This document shows positions 8,967 through 17,104 of a stretch of 42,788 nt of DNA, piece after piece; positions within the stretch are counted from its first letter, which is position 1, and the number at the start of each line of letters is the position of its first letter. Under the pieces are notes generated by a model, which did not search any database, had not been told where the DNA came from, and saw only the letters and a list, made by a program, of their open reading frames with translations. The stretch is from positions 1-42,788 of the forward strand of contig CAYNAV010000001.1 of assembly GCA_964395405.1 (NCBI GenBank). The letters run 5' to 3'. Made by a program: the position numbers and the translations under genes. This stretch comes from Candidatus Woesearchaeota archaeon (lineage in GTDB: Archaea > Nanobdellota > Nanobdellia > Pacearchaeales > GW2011-AR1).

Positions 8967-9610
8967 CCTATTACCAATATTGTTTTTCCTGGAAGGGTTA
9001 CTTCCTTTTTATCCAATTTAATTAAATATTCCTTCCCTCTTACAAGTTTAATAATTCCTTTAACAACTCCCTTTTCACCAGCATGCTTTCCAGATACAAT
9101 CTCCACTTTTGCATTTTCTTTTAATGGTAGTATCTTATCAATTTTTCCTGTTTTTGTATTTAATATTACAGAATCGCCGACTGAAAAAGACTCCTTTGAA
9201 AGAATATTTTGTCCATCTTCAAGATTCATCTGCACCTTTTTGCCTGATAAAATCTTCTTACCAGATATTTTTACAACCTTTGAATCAATGTCTCCTTTAA
9301 CTTCGATAAGCCTGAATTTCTTATTTACAATCTGCATCCTGTAGCTTTTCTTTGCCTTTTCTAATGTAAGAACATCAAGAACTTGAACTGGAAAATTTTC
9401 ATCTTTTCTTATCTTATTATTTATTTTTATATCTCCATTTAAGGCCATGAATCTAACTTCCTTCTTTGTACTTGCTATCTTTAGAATATCTCTCAGTATA
9501 AATAATACTGAAACTCCTTTATTAATAGAATGGCTTGGCGCAGCTATATATGCTGAACCTTTCCTTGGAACTGGCCAAGACTTTGGCATTTCACTTCGTT
9601 TTATGTGCAT
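8963..9610 (-). CDS. rps4e: ribosomal protein eS4
   Basis: MHIKRSEMPKSWPVPRKGSAYIAAPSH start and KOW-like C-terminus. Operon position. Confidence 0.92.
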   Translation of the reverse strand: MHIKRSEMPKSWPVPRKGSAYIAAPSHSINKGVSVLFILRDILKIASTKKEVRFMALNGDIKINNKIRKDENFPVQVLDVLTLEKAKKSYRMQIVNKKFRLIEVKGDIDSKVVKISGKKILSGKKVQMNLEDGQNILSKESFSVGDSVILNTKTGKIDKILPLKENAKVEIVSGKHAGEKGVVKGIIKLVRGKEYLIKLDKKEVTLPGKTILVIG

Positions 9611-10013
9611 TTTGTTCTCCTGTTTCTAAATTTTTTGTTTCTTTTTTTAATTTAATTCTTTTATTATCTGAAGAGTCTAATGAAACTATCTTTACCTTCG
9701 AGGCATGAAACCAAACATTAATCTTTGTTCCATCATTTTTTGTTCTTTGCAATCCTTCAAGCGCCACCTTTCCAGTTTTAGTATTAACTTCAGTAATTTT
9801 TCCTTGTTTTCCCTTAAGTTTCCCCCTCATCACTTTAACTTCATCGTTCTTTCTTAATTCAATGCTTCTCCTTCCATGTTTCTTTCTTAACTCCCTACTC
9901 AATGTTGCTGATAATTGTTTTTTCTTTAAGTGATTTGGAGCATTAGCTAAATACTTCCTTTGTTTCCTCGGCTGTTTACTTGCCTTCCATTTAGTTGAAA
10001 ATTTTGTCTTCAT
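9591..10013 (-). CDS. rpl24: ribosomal protein uL24
   Basis: KOW motif VKVMRGKLKGKQGKITEV. Operon position. Confidence 0.92.
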   Translation of the reverse strand: MKTKFSTKWKASKQPRKQRKYLANAPNHLKKKQLSATLSRELRKKHGRRSIELRKNDEVKVMRGKLKGKQGKITEVNTKTGKVALEGLQRTKNDGTKINVWFHASKVKIVSLDSSDNKRIKLKKETKNLETGEQNAHKTK

Positions 10014-10014
10014 T

Positions 10015-10416
10015 TTAATATACTATCGTCGCTAGTTTGGAAACCTCCTTCCATCTTTCCTGAATTTCTCTTGCAATAGGTCCTTTAATCTGAGTTCCTT
10101 TTGGATTTCCTTTTTCATCTTTTAATAATGCAACTGCATTATCACTAAAACATACTCTTTCTCCTGTATTTCTCAACCAGGGTTTCTTTTGTCTTACAAT
10201 AACTGCATCAAATACCTCACCTTTCATCTTAGGATCTCCCTTTCTTACAGATACCTTAACCATATCAGCGACTTTTGCATAAACTTGTCTTCCTCTTTTT
10301 GTTTTCCCACCTTTTACGGATACGAGTCTTACAATTCTTGCTCCACTATTATCACATGCTTCCATCTGGCATCCTAAGTTCAATGCTCTTGTTGTTCTTG
10401 CGCTTATTGCTTTCAT
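10015..10416 (-). CDS. rpl14: ribosomal protein uL14
   Basis: CDNSGARIVRLVSV and KGPIAREI blocks. Operon position. GGAG upstream of the ATG. Confidence 0.94.
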   Translation of the reverse strand: MKAISARTTRALNLGCQMEACDNSGARIVRLVSVKGGKTKRGRQVYAKVADMVKVSVRKGDPKMKGEVFDAVIVRQKKPWLRNTGERVCFSDNAVALLKDEKGNPKGTQIKGPIAREIQERWKEVSKLATIVY

Positions 10417-10467
10417 TTTTTGTTCTCCTGTTTAAAAATGATCGAAAATTTACTATTTACTTTCATG

Positions 10468-10854
10468 TTATTTCATTTTCTCCTTAATTTTCTTTTCAAC
10501 TTTTCCAACAACAACAAAATGAATCATTTTGCTGATTGGTCTTGTTTCTGCAATCTTTATTAAATCATCCATATTAATATCATCTTTCATACAATCCGGC
10601 AACTTAGCATGGAGTTTTGTCTTTCTTTTTTCATATCTTTCATACTTTTGAATATAATTCATTCTCTCAAACTGGATTGTAACTCTTCCATGATGTTTTC
10701 TTATAACATGCCCTTCAAAAGTTCTTCCCCTCATTTTTACCGGGCTTGAGCCATGAATGGGACAAAGCTTGTCGTTACATTTAGACTTCTCAGTAGGTTT
10801 TTCTGTCTTCTTCTTTGCCATTCCTTTCTCTATGTTTTTCTTTTCCTTTTCCAT
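10468..10854 (-). CDS. rps17: ribosomal protein uS17 with short Lys/Glu-rich N-terminal extension
   Basis: RGRTFEGHVIRKHHGRVTIQFERMNYIQKYERYEKR. Operon position. Confidence 0.92.
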   Translation of the reverse strand: MEKEKKNIEKGMAKKKTEKPTEKSKCNDKLCPIHGSSPVKMRGRTFEGHVIRKHHGRVTIQFERMNYIQKYERYEKRKTKLHAKLPDCMKDDINMDDLIKIAETRPISKMIHFVVVGKVEKKIKEKMK

Positions 10855-10889
10855 TTTACTATTCCTTTTCTCTTTTTCCCGGGTTTGCC

Positions 10890-11189
10890 TTAATCGTTTA
10901 TGTGGGTTTCATCAAAGCCCATTTCAACTAAAATGGGTTTTACTTTTCCCCTGTGATTGCCTTGAAGCTCTATGACGTTTTTTCTTAAGGTTCCACCGCA
11001 AGCCCTTGCAGACTTCAGCTTTTTTCCAATCTCCTTAATGTCTACGCCGTCATCAAAACCACTAACCATTGTAGTGATCTTCCCAAACCGTCTTTTCTCA
11101 GTCTTCACTTCAATCTTCTGATCTGTTTTTGCTATTTCTTTACAAACACAAGCTTGCAAAGGCAAACCGCATTTTGGACATATATCCAT
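10890..11189 (-). CDS. translation initiation factor SUI1/aIF1
   Basis: 99 aa. N-terminal CPKCG...CVC followed by the SUI1 fold block KRRFGKITTMVSGF....LKSARACGGT....IELQGNHR. Confidence 0.88.
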   Translation of the reverse strand: MDICPKCGLPLQACVCKEIAKTDQKIEVKTEKRRFGKITTMVSGFDDGVDIKEIGKKLKSARACGGTLRKNVIELQGNHRGKVKPILVEMGFDETHIND

Positions 11190-11190
11190 A

Positions 11191-11370
11191 TTATTTGGTT
11201 TGATTCCTTCCAGTTTGACTGGATGGTTTAATTAATTTCGCGACTGTCAATAGTTTCGCAATCTCCCTTTTAATGTCTTTCCTTTTGGAGCTCTGCTTTA
11301 ATAATTCTATTTTCAATTCTTTCAACTTGCTTTCAATTTCTTTCTCTGTTAATTGTTTTTTTTCTGCCAT
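11191..11370 (-). CDS. rpl29: ribosomal protein uL29 (59 aa, not in ORF track)
   Basis: Hand translation gives MAEKKQLTEKEIESKLKELKIELLKQSSKRKDIKREIAKLLTVAKLIKPSSQTGRNQTK. The ATG (11370-11368) overlaps the uS3 stop. Its TAA is at 11193-11191, just before the SUI1 ATG. This is the canonical slot after rps3. Confidence 0.88.
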   Translation of the reverse strand: MAEKKQLTEKEIESKLKELKIELLKQSSKRKDIKREIAKLLTVAKLIKPSSQTGRNQTK

Positions 11371-12035
11371 TATTTCTTCTTCCTTTTCTTTTCAACTACT
11401 GCCTCAACAAAAGTAGCATTTCTTTTTATTTGATTCATAAGATCCTCGTTGATATCAATCTTATCATGTATTTTTGCATATGGAGACAAAATTGCAACTT
11501 TTATTCCGATAACTCCTTGTTTTGTTTCTGCAACCGATTTTGCCTTATCAACAACCTTTGAAGCATCTCCAGTTTTCTTTAAATATCCAAATGTAAATCT
11601 CCAGCTTCTTGCTCTATCACTAGGCAACTTTCCAGAAACCCTTATTTCCGCTCCTGCAGCTCCAGACGCTTTTATTCTACTCAAAACCTTATAACTCACT
11701 GCTTTATATTTTAATGAACCAAATCTTTCCAAAGATAAAGCAATTTCATCTGCAACTAATTGTGCATCAAAATCTGGATGCATTATCTCGGATATTTCTA
11801 TGTGGGGATTTTCCATTTTAAATCTTCTCTTTAACACCTCTGTAAGCTCTGCAATTTTCTCTCCCCTCTTCCCAATAATCCAACCCGGCTTATGTGTTGC
11901 AACAATTATTTTCTCTCCCACAGGAGTATATTCTATCTTAACACTTGAAATTTTCCCTTTTCCAAATGTCCTTCTTACAAATTGCTTTATTGCAAATTCT
12001 TCTTTCCTTACATTAACAAATTTTTTCTCTTCCAT
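11370..12035 (-). CDS. rps3: ribosomal protein uS3
   Basis: KH motif GWIIGKRGEKIAELTEVLKRRF. Operon position. Confidence 0.94.
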   Translation of the reverse strand: MEEKKFVNVRKEEFAIKQFVRRTFGKGKISSVKIEYTPVGEKIIVATHKPGWIIGKRGEKIAELTEVLKRRFKMENPHIEISEIMHPDFDAQLVADEIALSLERFGSLKYKAVSYKVLSRIKASGAAGAEIRVSGKLPSDRARSWRFTFGYLKKTGDASKVVDKAKSVAETKQGVIGIKVAILSPYAKIHDKIDINEDLMNQIKRNATFVEAVVEKKRKKK

Positions 12036-12036
12036 C

Positions 12037-12684
12037 TTATTTTGTTGCAGGGATTAACCTTTTCCCGTCTCTCTTCAATTTAGTTCTATCTCTTGCTTCC
12101 AAATAAACATTAGTTCTCTTCGCTCTTCTTCCTTCTCTCTTATGAGGTCTCGAACCTTTATCTGCCTTAGCAATAAATATCACAGGATTTTCCACACCAT
12201 TAACATCAGCATTCGCTCTTAGTTGTTTTACCATATCTTTCATACCCATTGCCGCATTTACTGGGAATCTTCCTCCAGCAACGCCCTTTCCTTTTTGGTG
12301 AGGCAACTCTCTTTGAGGCATTCGTACTGCAAGTTTACCTTTAATCACCAAATCAAGCATTTCAATTGCCTTTTCAGGTGTTTTACCCTTAATCATTTTA
12401 CAGATACCATAACAGCTCTTTGAACTTATCCTTAACGCAGCCCCATTCACAATCGCAAATTCCTTTGCAATCTTTTCCTTTTTAATTTCTTTTTTCTTCT
12501 CAGTCTTCATTTCTTCTTTAACTTCAGTTGTTTTTTCTTCCATGGTCTTTTCTTCATTTTTAACTTCTATTTTTTTCTCTTCCATTTTTTCTTCTTTAAC
12601 AGCTTTCGCCGGCTTAATTTTTTCATTATTAACTTTAGTTGCTGTCTTCTTTTCTTTCATTGATGGTGCATATTGTTTTTCCAT
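12037..12684 (-). CDS. rpl22: ribosomal protein uL22 with about 70-aa Lys/Glu-rich N-terminal extension
   Basis: The core starts near AIVNGAALRISSKSCYGICKMIKGK. The long start is supported because it sits 2 nt after the uS19 stop. Confidence 0.9.
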   Translation of the reverse strand: MEKQYAPSMKEKKTATKVNNEKIKPAKAVKEEKMEEKKIEVKNEEKTMEEKTTEVKEEMKTEKKKEIKKEKIAKEFAIVNGAALRISSKSCYGICKMIKGKTPEKAIEMLDLVIKGKLAVRMPQRELPHQKGKGVAGGRFPVNAAMGMKDMVKQLRANADVNGVENPVIFIAKADKGSRPHKREGRRAKRTNVYLEARDRTKLKRDGKRLIPATK

Positions 12685-12685
12685 T

Positions 12686-13096
12686 TTATTTTACACTTAA
12701 ACTCGCTGACGATTTAGTTGCTCCTACTCCTGCAGACCCATGCTTTACATGCTTTCTTGTTCCTGCAAACTCACCTAATCTGTGTCCTAACATTTCTTCA
12801 TTAACCTTAATTTGAGTAAATTCTTTTCCATTATGAACACCAATAGTCATCCCAATTAATGCAGGAACAATTACTAAACTTCGATCATGAGTCTTAACTT
12901 GTTTTCCTCTTGAAATTTTTATATCACTTCTCTTTACAAATTCTTCAATAACATTAAAATTTCTTAAAACAGCTCTTCTAGGTCTTGACTTCAAAAGTTT
13001 TGCAAATTCTCGAGTGTCCATCTTCTTAAGCTCTTCAACTGTTTTTCCTCGGTAATTCTTTTCCTTCTTTGAGCTTTGAACTAATATTTCTGCCAT
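12686..13096 (-). CDS. rps19: ribosomal protein uS19
   Basis: VHNGKEFTQIKVNEEMLGHRLGEFAGTRK. Operon position. Confidence 0.94.
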   Translation of the reverse strand: MAEILVQSSKKEKNYRGKTVEELKKMDTREFAKLLKSRPRRAVLRNFNVIEEFVKRSDIKISRGKQVKTHDRSLVIVPALIGMTIGVHNGKEFTQIKVNEEMLGHRLGEFAGTRKHVKHGSAGVGATKSSASLSVK

Positions 13097-13794
13097 TATT
13101 TCTTCCTCCTCCCTGTCCTTCTTGGTCTTAATAAACCTACAGTTTGTCCTGGAGACGCCATTCTTGGAATAATCTTTGACTTAGGTCTTTTTCCTCTACC
13201 AGAACCAAATGGATGGTCAATTGCATTAACCTTTATCGCAGAAGTTCTAGGCCATAATTTTGATTTAGCTTTTTTAATATAGAATTGCTTTCCAGCCTTT
13301 AATATTGGTTTTGCTAATCTTCCATCTCCAGCAGCCCTTCCTATTGTAGCTCGACACTCAGCATCCATTTGCTTAATCTGCTTGGATGGCATTGTAACAC
13401 TTACAATATTACCATTTTTCCCAGTTACTATTGCAAAATTTCCACCGCTTCTAATAAACTTCCCACCATCTTTAGGTTTACTTTCAATATTAAATATCAT
13501 TGTTCCATTTTTTAAACTGCCAATCTTCGCAACATCTCCTTTATTCATTCCATCGGTCATAATCTTCTGCCCCTCATATAAAAGATTCACGGCGATGTTA
13601 TGAAATATCTCTCCACTTTTATTTTTCAATTTTGCGATAGGTGCCGAATGTCCTGCAGATGAAAATAACTTTACAACTTCCCATTCTCCTTCCATGTTTA
13701 CAGGATAAAACGGTCTTACTGAAAATGCTTTTCTTCTTACTCTATATCTTGGACCTCCATGTCCTCGTGCCTGTGTTATTATTCGTTTACCCAT
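13096..13794 (-). CDS. rpl2: ribosomal protein uL2
   Basis: GKRIITQARGHGGPRYR start and NAIDHPFGSGRGKR block. Operon position. Confidence 0.95.
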   Translation of the reverse strand: MGKRIITQARGHGGPRYRVRRKAFSVRPFYPVNMEGEWEVVKLFSSAGHSAPIAKLKNKSGEIFHNIAVNLLYEGQKIMTDGMNKGDVAKIGSLKNGTMIFNIESKPKDGGKFIRSGGNFAIVTGKNGNIVSVTMPSKQIKQMDAECRATIGRAAGDGRLAKPILKAGKQFYIKKAKSKLWPRTSAIKVNAIDHPFGSGRGKRPKSKIIPRMASPGQTVGLLRPRRTGRRKK

Positions 13795-13803
13795 TGTTTA
13801 TTC

Positions 13804-14058
13804 CTATAAGACCCCTAACTTTGTCGCAACATCTGCTGCAATAAAGTCTGGTTTTAATTTTACATATGCTATCTTTTTATTTTTTTGAGTATGAGTTCTA
13901 ACCTTTTCAACTTTAACATTAAAAAGTTCTTCCACTTCTTTCTTAATTTCCTGTTTCTTTACACTTCTATCAACAACAAATGCAAGAAGATTTTCAAGCT
14001 CAATCATCTTCACAATCTTTTCAGTTGCCTTTATTTTTTCTAAGATTATTGTTTTCAT
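13804..14058 (-). CDS. rpl23: ribosomal protein uL23
   Basis: ATEKIVKMIELENLLAFVVDRSVKKQEIKKEVEELFNVKVEKV. Operon position. Confidence 0.93.
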   Translation of the reverse strand: MKTIILEKIKATEKIVKMIELENLLAFVVDRSVKKQEIKKEVEELFNVKVEKVRTHTQKNKKIAYVKLKPDFIAADVATKLGVL

Positions 14059-14837
14059 TTAAACTTTTCTCCGATTTCTTTAATTGCTTTTTCAGTATAA
14101 CATGCTAATCTTCCAGGCTCTCCATTTGGAGCTAGGTCTTTAATCATCAATTCATCTACCTTAACAACATTAATTCCCTTTCTACTCATTTTTTCATCAC
14201 TCGCAATAATGAAGATCATTCCAGCGTTAGACTTATATTTTCTTCCTCTCGTCTTTCCTCTCCCCGCTCTCTGTGTTTTATTTTTTAATATTTTAGCATT
14301 ATCTCCAAAAATCTTTTCCATTGTTTCAATAAATTCTTTTGTCTTTAGTTTTAAAATTTCCTCAGAAAAAACAAAACCTGAATTAAGTTTCATATTGTAT
14401 TTTTTTTCAATTGACTTCTCATCAAATGTTCCGGCCAACGCAGAATTAAAAGCAATCGATAGTTCTTTCTTATTTATTTTTCTGAATGTATTCTTCTCTG
14501 CTTTAGGCGCATGAGGTTTTCTTCCACCTCTTGCAGATGCAACAGTAGCACCAACCCAATTGAAAGATGAACCATGTCTTGACATAATTTTTCTTGGAAC
14601 TCTTGAAATCCCCTTACCATAAGTTCCTTTCCATCTGTGTCTAGCCTTTATTGAAATACCGGAAGCAGAATATCCAGCACCAGCTCCAGGCATGATTCCG
14701 TAAGGTTGCATAAAAAATCCCTTTTGAGCCTCAAAAACTTTTTGCAAGATGTCTTTTCTTATTCTAAATGAAAAGTTCTTAGGCATCTCCATTGTTGATT
14801 TTTCCTTCCCTGTTTTATCTAATATTTTTGTTTTCAT
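14055..14837 (-). CDS. rpl4: ribosomal protein uL4
   Basis: 260 aa. L4/L1e blocks (ARHRWKGTYGKGISRVPR, GRGKTRGRKYK). Precedes rpl23. Confidence 0.93.
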   Translation of the reverse strand: MKTKILDKTGKEKSTMEMPKNFSFRIRKDILQKVFEAQKGFFMQPYGIMPGAGAGYSASGISIKARHRWKGTYGKGISRVPRKIMSRHGSSFNWVGATVASARGGRKPHAPKAEKNTFRKINKKELSIAFNSALAGTFDEKSIEKKYNMKLNSGFVFSEEILKLKTKEFIETMEKIFGDNAKILKNKTQRAGRGKTRGRKYKSNAGMIFIIASDEKMSRKGINVVKVDELMIKDLAPNGEPGRLACYTEKAIKEIGEKFK

Positions 14838-15142
14838 TTTGAACCAACCCCCCTCAAAGATACTCGAGTAGATAAGTCCACAGCCGCATTATATTCTAGA
14901 ACAAAACTAGATTGATATACTTTTTTTGCAGTATCCAAGTCGGTAAAAGTTCTTGAAATACATTCCTCTTCCTTAACAGCTTCTTCAGTAGAGTGTCTTA
15001 ATGCACAAAGATAACCCAGAGGTAAAGTATCAAACTGCTTATTAGTATCCTTTAACAAAATAGCAGCATGAGTTACCAAACCTGTTAACAAATTGTCTCT
15101 CTTAACTGCTTGTGCTCTTGTTAATTGTGTATGTTGGTTCAT
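14834..15142 (-). CDS. hypothetical 102-aa protein embedded between rpl3 and rpl4
   Basis: It is the only long frame here on either strand. Its ATG overlaps the rpl3 TGA (ATGA at 15142-15139) and its TGA overlaps the rpl4 ATG (ATGA at 14837-14834). The protein is not basic, is probably helical, and has no recognisable motif. Confidence 0.7.
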   Translation of the reverse strand: MNQHTQLTRAQAVKRDNLLTGLVTHAAILLKDTNKQFDTLPLGYLCALRHSTEEAVKEEECISRTFTDLDTAKKVYQSSFVLEYNAAVDLSTRVSLRGVGSK

Positions 15143-16083
15143 CTTAATTCAATAACCTCATAATTCTTTTTAGCTGTTAATTTGGTAGGTCTCATAGAAG
15201 GAGTAATCATTACAGGTCTTTTCTTAACGCCAGGAATCGAACCAAGTAAAATCATATAATCTGTTTTTATTTTCCCGTATTTATGAAATCCGGAGTCTTT
15301 ATTTATATCTTTTTCAGAAGTCTTTCCGATCTGTAAAATCATTTGATTATAACTTACTCTTGTCTGCAATCCAACCTGCCCCATCAAAGGAGCTCTAAAT
15401 GTAACTCTTGAAGGATTCCAAGGTGCCAAAGAACCAGGCCTTCTTACTCCTTTCTCAGACTTATGGAATTTAAGAGAGATCCCAAATCTCTTTACAGGCC
15501 CGTGCGTTCCAAAGCCCTTAGTTACACCACGAATATCAACCAACTGATTTTTAAAAACATCTTTAACTGAAATACTTTTATTTATTCTTTCTTTTACAAA
15601 ATCAAGTTTCTCTTCTTTTGTTCCAGAGATAGCAAGCTCAATCATATCAGGTGATTTTTTAATTCCTGTCTTTTTCACATCAGAGTAAACGATAACCCGT
15701 AAATCATCATAGTCTCTAGTAAATTCAAGTTTTCCAGTTTGTTTTGGAACCTTTACCTTGCTCTTAAGATCTTTTTCATTTGAAACAATTATATCTTTCA
15801 AAACAATTCCATTTTTATAAAATCTTACAGAATAAATTTTTAACTCAGGGCACTCAAGCATTGTTGCAGGAACAACAATCTTTTTCCCTTTCGTTAAAGA
15901 ATCAGGAGTATTATCCTTCACATAAACAGAACACATTCCAACTTTATATCCAATAAAACCTTTTAGCCCCTTATCTTTTGTTTTTTCTAGAACAGGACTC
16001 CAGTTAACACTAGGTAAAATCTTTCTTGCCCTTTTTCGAGGGTAAAATTGTAAGCTTCCACTTCTTACTGTGTTGTCTGTCAT
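15139..16083 (-). CDS. rpl3: ribosomal protein uL3
   Basis: GSLQFYPRKRA start, GYKVGM, GVTKGFGTHGPVKRFG, PLMGQVGLQTR blocks. First gene of the string. Confidence 0.95.
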   Translation of the reverse strand: MTDNTVRSGSLQFYPRKRARKILPSVNWSPVLEKTKDKGLKGFIGYKVGMCSVYVKDNTPDSLTKGKKIVVPATMLECPELKIYSVRFYKNGIVLKDIIVSNEKDLKSKVKVPKQTGKLEFTRDYDDLRVIVYSDVKKTGIKKSPDMIELAISGTKEEKLDFVKERINKSISVKDVFKNQLVDIRGVTKGFGTHGPVKRFGISLKFHKSEKGVRRPGSLAPWNPSRVTFRAPLMGQVGLQTRVSYNQMILQIGKTSEKDINKDSGFHKYGKIKTDYMILLGSIPGVKKRPVMITPSMRPTKLTAKKNYEVIELR

Positions 16084-16107
16084 TTTCTGTTTTTATTATT
16101 CTTTCTC

Positions 16108-16145
16108 ACTTTCAAGTATACTTTTTTGTTTATACTTTCAAGTAT
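16108..16145. promoter_or_regulatory. two copies of ACTTTCAAGTAT (period 26 nt) made of ATACTT/AAGTAT half-sites, 25-62 nt upstream of the rpl3 ATG
   Basis: Read directly: 16108-16119 and 16134-16145. The second copy forms the palindrome ATACTT-TC-AAGTAT, and AAGTATACTT lies between the copies. Confidence 0.35.
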
Positions 16146-16341
16146 TTATTGATAAAACAAATAGCAGTTTGCGTTATCTTTTTCATGCTCGCTCAACCTT
16201 GCGAAAAGATTCAATAGCCTAAACATTTAAGTTTTAAGCTCCGTGTTATATGTCTAAACATATAATCTATTATTACTGTGTTTTGAGGCTTTTTAAAGGT
16301 TTTTGTATGAAAATTCTAAAAAGTAACTGTCCAGAAATCAA

Positions 16342-17046
16342 TCACGCAACAAATTCAGCTTCAGAAATCTTCTTTACACCATCAATACTAACTTCTCGGA
16401 TAAGAACACCCTTTCTTTTACTGTTTTCCCTAACTTGTTCAGGCCTCATTCCGTTCATATCTTTAGGATAAATTATTTCATTTATCTTAAGAATGTGTTT
16501 TGCTTTAATCTCACTAAAATCAGGAGAATCGAAAAACAACTCTTTAACCAAAGCCATATCAGAAGTCTTCAAAGAGCAAAAGTCCGCCTTAGGACCATCT
16601 TCATCCGTCTTTCCAGCTTTCCCAGTCTTAGGAGCTTTTGCCTTTATCTTTAATTCAGAAAAACCAGTCTTAAAACTTAAAGCAAAAAAACATCTCGGAT
16701 ACTTTTCCATTAACTTTAAAATTTTATCTTTACTGATTTTTGAATCAATTTCATGCTTTCTAATTCCCTGAAAATTTCCAACTTTCTTAATCTCAAATTC
16801 AGCTTCCTTTCTTAAATCAAAAGTCGCAACAATAATTCCCTTAAATTCAACATCACCATTTGCCTTCTCTAAACATTTTCTAACAAGATAATTTGCAAAT
16901 TCAGCACTAGTCTTTATACTATATTTGTCCTTCTGCTTTTTCCCCTCGGTCAGATATCTATCTTTAAATTCTCCTCGAGAAAACTTTAAAAAATCAGAAT
17001 GAACCTCTTCATCGAACACGCCAGCAAATATGTTTTTTATAATCAT
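16342..17046 (-). CDS. hypothetical protein (234 aa) between nusA and the rpl3 operon
   Basis: Clean ATG-started ORF with no TM segment. Central Lys/Gly/Asp-rich linker (KAKAPKTGKAGKTDEDGPKADFC). No family recognised. Confidence 0.6.
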   Translation of the reverse strand: MIIKNIFAGVFDEEVHSDFLKFSRGEFKDRYLTEGKKQKDKYSIKTSAEFANYLVRKCLEKANGDVEFKGIIVATFDLRKEAEFEIKKVGNFQGIRKHEIDSKISKDKILKLMEKYPRCFFALSFKTGFSELKIKAKAPKTGKAGKTDEDGPKADFCSLKTSDMALVKELFFDSPDFSEIKAKHILKINEIIYPKDMNGMRPEQVRENSKRKGVLIREVSIDGVKKISEAEFVA

Positions 17047-17104
17047 TACAACAAAACAAGAATGTGATTTATAAAACTTTCTTTATCCAGAAATAGACCA
17101 CCAA

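Noticed and set aside
12460-12684. Repetitive GAA/AAA-rich DNA (also 33290-33400, 34440-34600 and 40743-40799) considered as a CRISPR or tandem-repeat array.
   Set aside because: There are no regularly spaced identical repeats with unique spacers. The periodicity is codon-level (Lys/Glu runs) inside open reading frames.
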